Below are positions 25,684-38,740 of a stretch of DNA of 62,565 bases, one piece after another (the stretch's first letter is position 1; the number at the start of each line of letters is the position of its first letter). A model generated the notes under the pieces. The model searched no databases, was not told the origin of the DNA, and saw only the letters and a list, made by a program, of their open reading frames with translations. The stretch is from positions 1 through 62,565 of the forward strand of contig CAMWKM010000001.1 in the NCBI GenBank assembly GCA_947174835.1, written 5' to 3'. This DNA is from an uncultured Prevotella sp. GTDB lineage: Bacteria; Bacteroidota; Bacteroidia; Bacteroidales; Bacteroidaceae. A program made the position numbers and the translations under genes.

Positions 25684-28521
25684 TTACTGCATCTTAGCAC
25701 CGGCAACAGTATATGTACCGTTTGCGCTTTCAACAACAATGCGGCCGTTCTTCATAACCTTGACAGGCTGAGCCTGTGTAGCAGTTGTTCCATAAACACC
25801 GCTTATGCCATCAGTAGGATCATCAGGAACATCGTCAGAAGGATAAACTACAATATAGTCAAGACCCCTCTTAATATCGCCACCAGCTTTCCAAATCAAT
25901 TCCGTAGCCTCTGTAACAGTAATAAGGTCAGATTCTACCTCGGTAAGGTTATCGGCTGTTGAAGCCAACTCAATAGTAGTCGCGTTACCAAGAGTAAATG
26001 TAGCAATGTAAGAGATTGGCTTAACATCAAAGAGACCAGCCTTAATCTTATAAGTTCCCGGCTGGAGAGTTGCGAGAACTATATCATTCTCATTGTATGC
26101 TGCCTTCTGGTTTGAAGCACGTACACCCATATTTCCTTCTGTGAGAAGAGTAGTACCCTCTATATCCTCACCCTCAACGCAAAGCACTGCGTCCGTGATA
26201 TAGTCACACTTCTTATAAGTCACATTATAAGTACCCTCTGCAGACAATGTAAACGTTGAGGTGAACGGTGTGCCTATTGAACCGGCTGTATATACGTTAC
26301 CTGCAGCGTCGGCAAGATAGTAAGAATAGGTAACTTCTACCTTGTCATTGGTCATACCCTCGCCCTCGGCAAGTTTCTTAAGCACATTACCCTCTTCGTC
26401 AACAGCGTTAATGGTGTACTGAACGGTCTCCTTCTGGATAGTAGAAGGGAATACGCTGACAGCTTGGTAAACCACATTCTTGCTGGCAAGAACAAGATCA
26501 CCGTTCTCTGATACCGTTATCTTATACTCGGCAGAGCTTCCGGTAAGAGTAATAGTATTGGTTCCATCTTCTGCTGTACCATTGTTTATAGTAATAGTAC
26601 TGTTGTTCTTGGTAGACCAAAGTCCCTTGATTGTAACCTCGTCACCGGCGTTACAAGAAGGAATAATAAGGTTCGGAGAACCGCCACCCAACTGGAGACG
26701 ATCGTTATTGCCCTCAGGAGTACCAACGAGGATATCATTATCGTTGCTCATTGTGAACTCCAATCCGTCTGTAATTCTAAGCGGAGTACCCTCTGCTATC
26801 AACAAGGTTCTGTTGCCATTAGCGAACATTTTGGTTGAAACACTGTAACGTCCCTTAGAACTTGCGTTCCAATAGCCGAGTGCTACAGCTGCCGCAAGAG
26901 CCTCAGCGTCTTCTGCCGTGTTATGGAATTCCCATGCACGCGGCTCCTCTATGCCGGGGCCTGTGGTCTCAAATGAAAGCAGATAGAGGCCCTCTGCAGC
27001 CTCTTGGTTCAGAGCCTCATAGCCGTCAACAACGAGTTTAGTCAGATAGAACTCGTATGTTGTATTCTCAAGCAAACCACCATCAATGTAATCAGAGAAA
27101 GTAAAGGTAAGGCCCTCGCCCAACATAAATTCCACACCGTCAAACATATAGTTAGCCTTCTCGTCTTCGTCAAGACCGGCAGGACCACAGTAACCCTCAA
27201 TAGTGATATTGGCATCTCCAGCTACGTTAGCGGCCTTCGGGAAAGTCATCGTGAAGTCAACAGTTGACGGATTTATCTTGCTGCCGTTCTTCAGAGAATA
27301 TACAGGCTCACCCAGTTTCGGGTTCTTGTCTACTACAGTCTCATCCTTAACCTCGGCCTCTATAGAATAAAGGTGGCAACCCTTAGTTGCTGTAAGAACT
27401 ACGTCTACAAATTCATCAGAGCCTGCAGGAATAGTATATTCAAGTACGGCAAAGTCAGCAGTTGTTTGTGTTGTACCAACTTCTGTACCGTTAACAACAA
27501 CTTTGAAGCCACGAGCGTCACCGGGCTTGTGTGACTCAACACCGAGTTTGAATGTTGATCCGGCCTTAACATTAGGAACAACAATAGAAGATGAGGCACC
27601 TGTTATCCAAAGATAAGAAGGAGAAGCGTATGGACCCCATGCGTTAGTATCAAGCGTTTTCTGATAATTGAAAGCGGTAGCTATGCCGTACGCACCAAGA
27701 TTCTTGTGACCAAGGCCCTTCATCTCAGCAATAGCGGCACCACCGGCAACGAGGTCTCCGTTAGCGTCTACAGTCGGATTCAAAGCAAAACGGATTTCAT
27801 CACCTTCGATATAATCTTTTGATGCAGACTCGGCGGTAGTCCAATCCTCGGCTGCAAGAATCTGAGCCTTGGTAGCATCAGACCATTTTGTGAAGTCCCA
27901 TGTCTTGATATTCTTGTCACCTTCATCAATGATGATAGAACGAATCTCAATACCAGACTTAGGATCACCGGACAATCCGGTTGACAACTTAACAACACCA
28001 TCAGCTACTACAGTTGCCACAATAGTGTAGACACCGGGGGAGCCCTCTACATTATTACCTAAAAGAATAATGGAAGTCTCACCTTCTTCAGTCTGAGCAT
28101 TTGTCAAAGAGAAGCCACGATCAGTTGCAGTACCATTGGCAGACTGCGCAACAATTGTGATCTTCTGACCCGCAGACAAGGTCGGCAATGTGATAGAGCA
28201 ATTCTTCTGCAAACGAACACTGGTAATTCTGTACAGTACTGCGTTGGTGGCAGCAAAATCACCGAACCGCAAACCAGCGAACTCAGGAATGACAACATCA
28301 TTAGCTGTCAATTCGCCTTCAAAGGATTTGTTTGTTGCCCATGCTGTGCTCACGCCATCATCGTTAACAGTTTTGCTCCAAGAGGCAGCATCAGCGTCAA
28401 GCATTTCGCGACTGCTGTCACTCACTCCCTTAGTGAAATCCCATGACTTGCGGCTCTGCGCGTTAGCACCAAGCACCAAGAAGAGCATCACTACGGAAAG
28501 AATAGTAGAAATTTTCTTCAT
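25684..28521 (-). CDS. Acidic secreted protein of unknown function with three W(D/E)F-initiated repeat domains and a CTD-like tail
   Basis: Signal peptide; RKSWDFTK, IKTWDFTK, PRAWEF repeats; TDGISGV..KVMKNGRIVV..YTVAGAK C-terminus. Confidence 0.75.
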   Translation of the reverse strand: MKKISTILSVVMLFLVLGANAQSRKSWDFTKGVSDSSREMLDADAASWSKTVNDDGVSTAWATNKSFEGELTANDVVIPEFAGLRFGDFAATNAVLYRITSVRLQKNCSITLPTLSAGQKITIVAQSANGTATDRGFSLTNAQTEEGETSIILLGNNVEGSPGVYTIVATVVADGVVKLSTGLSGDPKSGIEIRSIIIDEGDKNIKTWDFTKWSDATKAQILAAEDWTTAESASKDYIEGDEIRFALNPTVDANGDLVAGGAAIAEMKGLGHKNLGAYGIATAFNYQKTLDTNAWGPYASPSYLWITGASSSIVVPNVKAGSTFKLGVESHKPGDARGFKVVVNGTEVGTTQTTADFAVLEYTIPAGSDEFVDVVLTATKGCHLYSIEAEVKDETVVDKNPKLGEPVYSLKNGSKINPSTVDFTMTFPKAANVAGDANITIEGYCGPAGLDEDEKANYMFDGVEFMLGEGLTFTFSDYIDGGLLENTTYEFYLTKLVVDGYEALNQEAAEGLYLLSFETTGPGIEEPRAWEFHNTAEDAEALAAAVALGYWNASSKGRYSVSTKMFANGNRTLLIAEGTPLRITDGLEFTMSNDNDILVGTPEGNNDRLQLGGGSPNLIIPSCNAGDEVTIKGLWSTKNNSTITINNGTAEDGTNTITLTGSSAEYKITVSENGDLVLASKNVVYQAVSVFPSTIQKETVQYTINAVDEEGNVLKKLAEGEGMTNDKVEVTYSYYLADAAGNVYTAGSIGTPFTSTFTLSAEGTYNVTYKKCDYITDAVLCVEGEDIEGTTLLTEGNMGVRASNQKAAYNENDIVLATLQPGTYKIKAGLFDVKPISYIATFTLGNATTIELASTADNLTEVESDLITVTEATELIWKAGGDIKRGLDYIVVYPSDDVPDDPTDGISGVYGTTATQAQPVKVMKNGRIVVESANGTYTVAGAKMQ

Positions 28522-28605
28522 AAATAATAATTTCGTTAGTTTAATAATAGATTATAAATTAAATGTAGATAGTAGTTCGTGTTCAGATATATATGTATTT
28601 GTGTG

Positions 28606-28613
28606 CAAATTTA
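28606..28613 (-). promoter_or_regulatory. -7 element TAAATTTG
   Basis: TAnnTTTG 84 bp upstream of the ATG at 28521. Confidence 0.6.
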
Positions 28614-28723
28614 AGAAAAAAAAAGAAAACACCCAAATTTTTTAGGAATATTTTGGCATTTACACTAAAATTGCAACTGCTCAGCCCCCTTAGAAAACGA
28701 AAACACTGAACTCAAAGACAATA

Positions 28724-28785
28724 CGTTTGCAGGCTTCAAACACATCGTTTGAAGCCTGCAAACCACTCGTTTAGAGCCTCCATTC
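28724..28785. repeat. 22-bp-period repeat element, copy 2 (first unit inverted, giving a 17-bp hairpin)
   Basis: cgtttgcaggcttcaaacacat / cgtttgaagcctgcaaaccact / cgtttagagcctccattc. Confidence 0.8.
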
Positions 28786-28820
28786 TGTCGGTTATTGACA
28801 TTAAGACTCAACTGATAATG

Positions 28821-30908
28821 CTATTTTCTAATAATCTTTTTGCCATTCTGTATATAGATACCAGGGCGTATGGCGTTAGGAGTATCTATGCGACGTCCAC
28901 CGAGATCATAGATTGGCGTCGGGATAAGTGCACCACCATTCACAACTTCTTGAATAGCTGTTGCATCTTCACGTGAATAGTCGCTATTGTTGGTCAGATA
29001 CATATCATCAACAACAATGGAACCATAGTTCGACCAGAAAGATACAATCCTGATGTTCTTCGTGTCAACAGCCTGCCCCGTCTTGTCACCCGACGTGTAC
29101 TTGGCCGTCTTCAGATTCACCACAATCTGCTTTTTGGAACCGAAGTCGGGCGTTGCGCAACAATCACTCCAAATGCTGCCTGCGGTAAAGATATTGAGAT
29201 GAGCACCGTTAGCAGTGTTCTTCAGTTTCAGAACCAAATACTTATAAGCAGACATATCTGCTCCGCCACTATATTCCCAGCCCATCTGTCCATACTGCCC
29301 AGGCTTGAAGGTGCGAGTAGAAGCATCGTAGGTACCCTGCGAGAAAAGCGAGGTGCTGATATACTGGGATGCGAACGGGAAGAACGAAGAACGTATGCTG
29401 AACGTCACCGTCTGCTTGTTGCCCTGTGGATCGGTATAGGTAGCTGTCACCTGTGCTATTCCTTCCGTGAGTGCGACTAACCGTCCGTTTTCTACTTTGA
29501 GCACGCCCGGAGCACTTACTTCATAATCGGCCAAGGCTGTGACATCGCGTGTGTGACCATCCTGGAACGTAGCCGTCAGATTAATGACTGCCGTACCGCC
29601 CACCATTATGTCAATAGACTCATCTGGCACGGAAAGGGTCGTCATGGTGGTAGACTCGACAGACTGCGGTTCATCATCGGCATGTGGCCAGTCTACCTGA
29701 TAATAGTCGGCATACCAATCCATGCAAGCCTTTCCGCAAGCTTCCTCCAAACCATTGAAGGCTGGCACCACTTTATTGTTTTTTATCAGTGTGTCAATGT
29801 CGAAAAGACAGCCTGTACCGGAGAGTGTCATCGAAATATTGCCGAAATGATCAAGACAATCCTTGAAAGCCTTACCCCATTTCGACGTGGAACCGGTAGC
29901 CCATGTACCATAGTTCGGCTGCACCCAGTCGCCATGCTCATTGTAGTGACCCTGTGCATCAGGATTTTCAGGGCTCCAGTCTACCTCAGTGATAATAACC
30001 GGTGCAAAGTCGACAACCGGCACTTGCTTGTGGAACTGGTTGATTTTGTTCTCGGAACTGGGGTGCGCATCATCGCAGCCATACCACCCACAGTAGTCGT
30101 GTACGGCATAACCAATGTTATAACCCTCAATAGGATGAGCGGCATAGTCAGCATAGCTGGACTGCCAACCAGTGCCAGGAGCCCAGATGATGCCTGTAAA
30201 ACCATTGTCGCGAATCTTGTCGACAATGGGCTGGAAGAAGTCATGCAAGGCTTTGGCGTCGTCCTGTCCCTGTGCATTCTTCAGCGACACAGGCTCGTTG
30301 GCCAGTTCAATACTGATTTGTCCGGCATATTTCTTGATATTGGTGTTCTTCGAGAAAATATCCCAGACCGTCATCAGATACTGATTATATTCATCGCCTA
30401 CCTGCAGATTGCCCGGACATACGCCCGGGGGTCTGACTACCACATACATACCATGATTCATGGCTTTCTGTATCAACGGCCAGTAGAGCGAAGTGAGAAA
30501 AGACTTCAAACGGGCAGAACTGAACTGTGAGATATTGTGCTCACCACCCTCGCCCACTTGTGTCTTGTTGGGGTCGTTGGTCCAAGCGGGATCCAAATGC
30601 AGACGAAAAACGGTGCACTTAGCCTGTTCCATACCGACGAAGAGTTTCTCGAAATAAGCGAGACAATTCTTGACACCAGTCGCATTATAGTCATCCCACC
30701 AACCTTGAGCCTTAGAGCCCTGCCAGCGGCCACCATTAAAATAGGTATTGGGCGTATCCATCACACCATGAAGCACCACATGATTACCGTGATTGTCCAC
30801 CAGCCAACGACCCTCCACGTGCAATGTCGGCAAAGGTTTTACGCCTTGTGCCTGTGCCGACAATGCCGTTGTCAGGATTATGAAAATCAGAAGAAAAGTC
30901 TTTTTCAT
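28821..30908 (-). CDS. GH5 (GH5_21-like) endo-xylanase + Big_2 + putative CBM + T9SS CTD
   Basis: LHGVMDTP, RLHLDP, ELANEP acid/base, AVHDY, IITEVDW nucleophile; IYDLGGRRI..PGIYIQNGKKII. Confidence 0.82.
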   Translation of the reverse strand: MKKTFLLIFIILTTALSAQAQGVKPLPTLHVEGRWLVDNHGNHVVLHGVMDTPNTYFNGGRWQGSKAQGWWDDYNATGVKNCLAYFEKLFVGMEQAKCTVFRLHLDPAWTNDPNKTQVGEGGEHNISQFSSARLKSFLTSLYWPLIQKAMNHGMYVVVRPPGVCPGNLQVGDEYNQYLMTVWDIFSKNTNIKKYAGQISIELANEPVSLKNAQGQDDAKALHDFFQPIVDKIRDNGFTGIIWAPGTGWQSSYADYAAHPIEGYNIGYAVHDYCGWYGCDDAHPSSENKINQFHKQVPVVDFAPVIITEVDWSPENPDAQGHYNEHGDWVQPNYGTWATGSTSKWGKAFKDCLDHFGNISMTLSGTGCLFDIDTLIKNNKVVPAFNGLEEACGKACMDWYADYYQVDWPHADDEPQSVESTTMTTLSVPDESIDIMVGGTAVINLTATFQDGHTRDVTALADYEVSAPGVLKVENGRLVALTEGIAQVTATYTDPQGNKQTVTFSIRSSFFPFASQYISTSLFSQGTYDASTRTFKPGQYGQMGWEYSGGADMSAYKYLVLKLKNTANGAHLNIFTAGSIWSDCCATPDFGSKKQIVVNLKTAKYTSGDKTGQAVDTKNIRIVSFWSNYGSIVVDDMYLTNNSDYSREDATAIQEVVNGGALIPTPIYDLGGRRIDTPNAIRPGIYIQNGKKIIRK

Positions 30909-30923
30909 AGAAACACTATTCTA

Positions 30924-33900
30924 TTACTTCACCATTACTTTACGTGCCTTGCCGTCAGCATCGACAATAATGTTCAGGCCGGGCTGCAGTGTCTGGCGAC
31001 GATGACCCGTGAGACTATAGATGCCAGCGGGCAGTCGACGCTCGGCATCAACGGTGGCGATGCCTGTTTCGTCAAGTATCTTGCGCACACGACATTCCAG
31101 AAGCAGGAACTCATGGTAACCGCCTGTTGAGGTCTTGTCAGCAAACTTTATGACGTAATTGCCTGCTTTGGTAATTGTAAAGTCCAGTTGTCTGAGCACT
31201 GCCGATGAGACATTGCCATTGGTTGCACCATTGACGCTGGGCGCAGCAGTGAACTCTGCGGACGACTTGATGGTTGCATTACTTGAACTAAGGATACTCA
31301 CCTGATAGCGCGGGCTCTCCTTCCATGCCGCCATAGCATAGGAAAGACGGTAGTCGCCGGGCTCAAGTTTCAACTGATAGTTGGCCAGTCGACCATATTC
31401 AGCACTGGTATTGCGCCAGTAGAGTGCCTTGCCTTGATAGCCGGTAAATCCAACAAAGGTACGGGGACCCATGCCTGACTCGTAAGGATAGTCGCGCACA
31501 TCGGTTCCGTCAGTAGTGCGCCATCCCTCGGGCAACGTACCATTCTGCACATTGGTATAGTCGAGGAGATAGACAGCCAACTTGTCATAGTAGACAGGCT
31601 GGATAGTGATATTATCGTCGGGCATTACAAAGGAAGCCTCGTTGACCCCATCGGTAACGGGAATATTGAATCCCTGCGTATAGAAGACAGAGTTAATGAC
31701 ACGCAGTTCGCGGATGCCATAGCCCTCGTCGGGCAAGACCTGCAGGTGAACTGTCTCTCCGGCTGCAGCCGAATCGACATCACAGACAACCCGTCCGTTG
31801 GCAACATTATTGATGGTCACCTTGAATTTCTCTGCCGGTGTTCCCTCCGGTTCATAGATGATCTGATCGATAATCATATTGATACCGGCAGAATTGGTAA
31901 GTATAAGCGTGTTAGTACCTGCATTAAGCGCAGTCGTAAGTGTTGCCAATCGCCAGTCGTTTTTAGCAGTCTTCACGATTTCGAACTTCTTGGAAGATCC
32001 GTTGACGGTAGCCGAAAGATTGCCATCCTTACTGGAATTGCAATAACGAACCTTGATTGTATATTTGCCTGCCTCGGCAAGTTTGAGTTGATGACGCAAC
32101 GAAGAAGCTGTGGAAGACATGGTGACATAGCCCAAACCGGCAAAGTCTTTCATATCGGTAGCCCACCAGCCTGAATGTGTAAACGACACGTTGACACTCT
32201 TATAGTCCATATTCTCGGCCTCAATAATCACGGGACACTTGAGAGCATCGGGCTGCTTGGGGATAGGCAGAGTCTCGGCAACCAGCGTGGACTTCTGGCC
32301 AGCCTTTTCACCGGAGCAGTCAATTCGAATATCCACAGGCCCCATGTGGCTCACGTTGAGAGTATAGGTCATAGCCTCAGCATCATAGACATCGGTAACA
32401 GTAGCCTTCTGTCCCGTGGCTCCGGTGTTGTGCTTCGTCACCTGATGAGAAGGCTGACTGGTCACACCGTTGACCACGATGATATCGGTCTGGGCGGTAG
32501 TTGAATCGCTGCGGTAGTTGTTCAGATAGACATCGATGTGGTCCTCATATTCACGAATCACACCACTGGACAGTTTACCATAAGTCAATGTCAAGGATTC
32601 GCAAGTACTATACTGCAAAGGAATATCGGCAGATGCTGTTTTCTTGCTGTTCATATAGCTATAAGGCGTGTAGGTGATCAACTGATTCTGGTAACGATTT
32701 ACATAAAGATCACCTTTTGACACCTCCGGATACTGCGCATCAAAGTCGGCCACTTTCTTGGCCTGAGTGCCCCAACGCGAGGTATAGGAAGACTTCTTCA
32801 CCTGCACAGGAATAGCTTTGGCTGCATCATCGTAAAGTCCGGTGACAATAGGAATGGCACCATAGCGGCCTGTGGACTTAAAATAGCAGAGATTATTCTG
32901 CCACTGACCATAGTTCCATGCCCCTTCTTTCTTCTGGTTGAAGGGATCGGTTTGCAGATAGAGTCCATTGTAGAGGTCATCCCAGGAAGTATAGTCGTTC
33001 GCCTTATCATTGACTACGACGATCTTGGTCTTCTCCACAACCTCCTCACGGCTGGGGATATACATCGTGCCGTCAATGATCTTGCGCCACATATCAAGCC
33101 AGATGCCTTTGAAGTTGGGGAAAAGACCCCAATTGCGACGGGTGTAGCCATTGACGGTAGAATTACTCAAGTTCTGGAAGTCCTCGGTCCAAATGAGTTC
33201 AGGACCATCCCACACAGCACCACCGTTGACACAGGTCTGTTCCATGACGGTACCAATACCGGCAGAACCAGGATATTTCTTTCCATGATTATCACCCAGC
33301 AACTTGCTCAAAGCATCGTTCCAACCACAGTTATCGTAGCGCACGCCATAGTTTTTCGTCAGTCCCGAAACAAAAGGTCCCCAGCAAACACTCTCATTGT
33401 TATAGAAACTACTGCAATGCGTGTATTTGTAAAGGAAGAGAATGGCCTCGGGATATTTCTGACAGGCCGCCATGAAATCCTTGTTGATCTTTAGTTCGGC
33501 AATGGGATTGGTATTCATGTGGTAGACACCGCCACACCAACTGACAGTGAGGAAACCACCATAGCGATGGGACATCTCCACCAATTTAGCGAACAGAGCC
33601 CAACGCGAGGTCTCGGTCGCAGAACTCTCGTTATTGGCTACATTGAAACCCCAAAACTGTTCGGCATAGTTCCAGCCGAGGAAGTTAGGATAGGTCTTGA
33701 AGAAATATTCAAACGTCTCCAAGTCGTTATCCTGAATATGGGTATGTCCACCGCTGGCCGGCTGACAGGTGAACCACATATTGTTCAACTGGCATACCGA
33801 TGCCCACGACTTGTAGGTGCGCACGGCATTTCGCGGCATACGATACATTTTCGTATCAGTGTCGTACTGGCATGACAATGAAAGATTCATGCAGACGTAG

Positions 33901-34079
33901 GGTTTGATGTCATCTGGTATCAGGTCAATGATTTTTTGCGGATCGGCCGAGTTCCACACATCAATATGGATCAACCATAAAGGATGCCGGTTGTCAATAG
34001 GACGGCGCTCTTGCGCTGCAACGCTGCAAAATGGCAGAGCAGCAATAACAAATGTCAAAATCAGTAGTAGTCGTTTCAT
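30924..34079 (-). CDS. GH98 (endo-xylanase-like) + CBM35/6-like + accessory domains + T9SS CTD
   Basis: RRPID..HPLWLIHID..IPDDIKPY, NYAEQFWG, GGAVWDGPE; IEAENM..FAGLGYV CBM; IYSLTGHR..PGLNII; ATG at 34079. Confidence 0.78.
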   Translation of the reverse strand: MKRLLLILTFVIAALPFCSVAAQERRPIDNRHPLWLIHIDVWNSADPQKIIDLIPDDIKPYVCMNLSLSCQYDTDTKMYRMPRNAVRTYKSWASVCQLNNMWFTCQPASGGHTHIQDNDLETFEYFFKTYPNFLGWNYAEQFWGFNVANNESSATETSRWALFAKLVEMSHRYGGFLTVSWCGGVYHMNTNPIAELKINKDFMAACQKYPEAILFLYKYTHCSSFYNNESVCWGPFVSGLTKNYGVRYDNCGWNDALSKLLGDNHGKKYPGSAGIGTVMEQTCVNGGAVWDGPELIWTEDFQNLSNSTVNGYTRRNWGLFPNFKGIWLDMWRKIIDGTMYIPSREEVVEKTKIVVVNDKANDYTSWDDLYNGLYLQTDPFNQKKEGAWNYGQWQNNLCYFKSTGRYGAIPIVTGLYDDAAKAIPVQVKKSSYTSRWGTQAKKVADFDAQYPEVSKGDLYVNRYQNQLITYTPYSYMNSKKTASADIPLQYSTCESLTLTYGKLSSGVIREYEDHIDVYLNNYRSDSTTAQTDIIVVNGVTSQPSHQVTKHNTGATGQKATVTDVYDAEAMTYTLNVSHMGPVDIRIDCSGEKAGQKSTLVAETLPIPKQPDALKCPVIIEAENMDYKSVNVSFTHSGWWATDMKDFAGLGYVTMSSTASSLRHQLKLAEAGKYTIKVRYCNSSKDGNLSATVNGSSKKFEIVKTAKNDWRLATLTTALNAGTNTLILTNSAGINMIIDQIIYEPEGTPAEKFKVTINNVANGRVVCDVDSAAAGETVHLQVLPDEGYGIRELRVINSVFYTQGFNIPVTDGVNEASFVMPDDNITIQPVYYDKLAVYLLDYTNVQNGTLPEGWRTTDGTDVRDYPYESGMGPRTFVGFTGYQGKALYWRNTSAEYGRLANYQLKLEPGDYRLSYAMAAWKESPRYQVSILSSSNATIKSSAEFTAAPSVNGATNGNVSSAVLRQLDFTITKAGNYVIKFADKTSTGGYHEFLLLECRVRKILDETGIATVDAERRLPAGIYSLTGHRRQTLQPGLNIIVDADGKARKVMVK

Positions 34080-34106
34080 GTTTTTAATCGTTTTTAATTC
34101 AGTCGA

Positions 34107-34114
34107 CAAAGGTA
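34107..34114 (-). promoter_or_regulatory. -7 element TACCTTTG of the GH98-GH5 operon
   Basis: TAnnTTTG 27 bp upstream of the ATG; TGAGACAA half-site 29 bp further upstream (34144-34151). Confidence 0.68.
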
Positions 34115-34255
34115 CAACAATCTCAGCACCTCCACTTTTTGATTTGTCTCAAAAAGTTTTCATTTTCTTCGTTAAAGAAAAGGCTTTTCAATTTAAATAA
34201 GACAATTTGAAAAGTCTATTGCGAGCAATACGCTTCTGTCACCCAGTCATTTTTT

Positions 34256-34453
34256 CTCCGATAATCTTTTGGTCGCCGTTTGATTATCTTTCGACTGCCA
34301 TTTGATTATCTTTTGCTCATCGTTTAATAATCATTTGCCGAGCATTTGATTATCTTTTGCCCACCGTTTGATAATCGTTTGTCAGGCATTTGATTATCTT
34401 TTGCTCACCGTTTGATAATCGTTTGCCGAGCATTTAATAATCTTTTTTCCGGC
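34256..34453. repeat. Tandem array of nine 22-bp units (11-bp sub-period, 44-bp higher order)
   Basis: Units such as atttgattatcttttgctcacc alternate with gtttgataatcgtttgccgagc. Confidence 0.88.
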
Positions 34454-34487
34454 AAAAAGACATCTTTCAGAAATGTCTCCCCAATAT

Positions 34488-34522
34488 AAAAAATGAGCAG
34501 CCGTTCACGACTGCTCATTTTT
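34488..34522 (-). terminator. Intrinsic (bidirectional-type) terminator after xyn10D-fae1A
   Basis: aaaaatgagcag..ctgctcattttt stem flanked by A and T runs. Confidence 0.82.
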
Positions 34523-34552
34523 ACATAAATATACTATATAACAGGGAATGTC

Positions 34553-38721
<4,169 letters not shown>

Positions 38722-38740
38722 CTATTATAAAAATACATAT

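Noticed and set aside
29553-30530. 325-aa plus-strand ORF, and similar 200-300-aa ORFs at 7858, 49686, 50910, 55344 and 60561
   Set aside because: Antisense to well-supported genes; explained by codon bias on the coding strand
34256-34453. Possible CRISPR array
   Set aside because: 22-bp period with recurring variable parts, no unique 30-40-bp spacers and no cas genes
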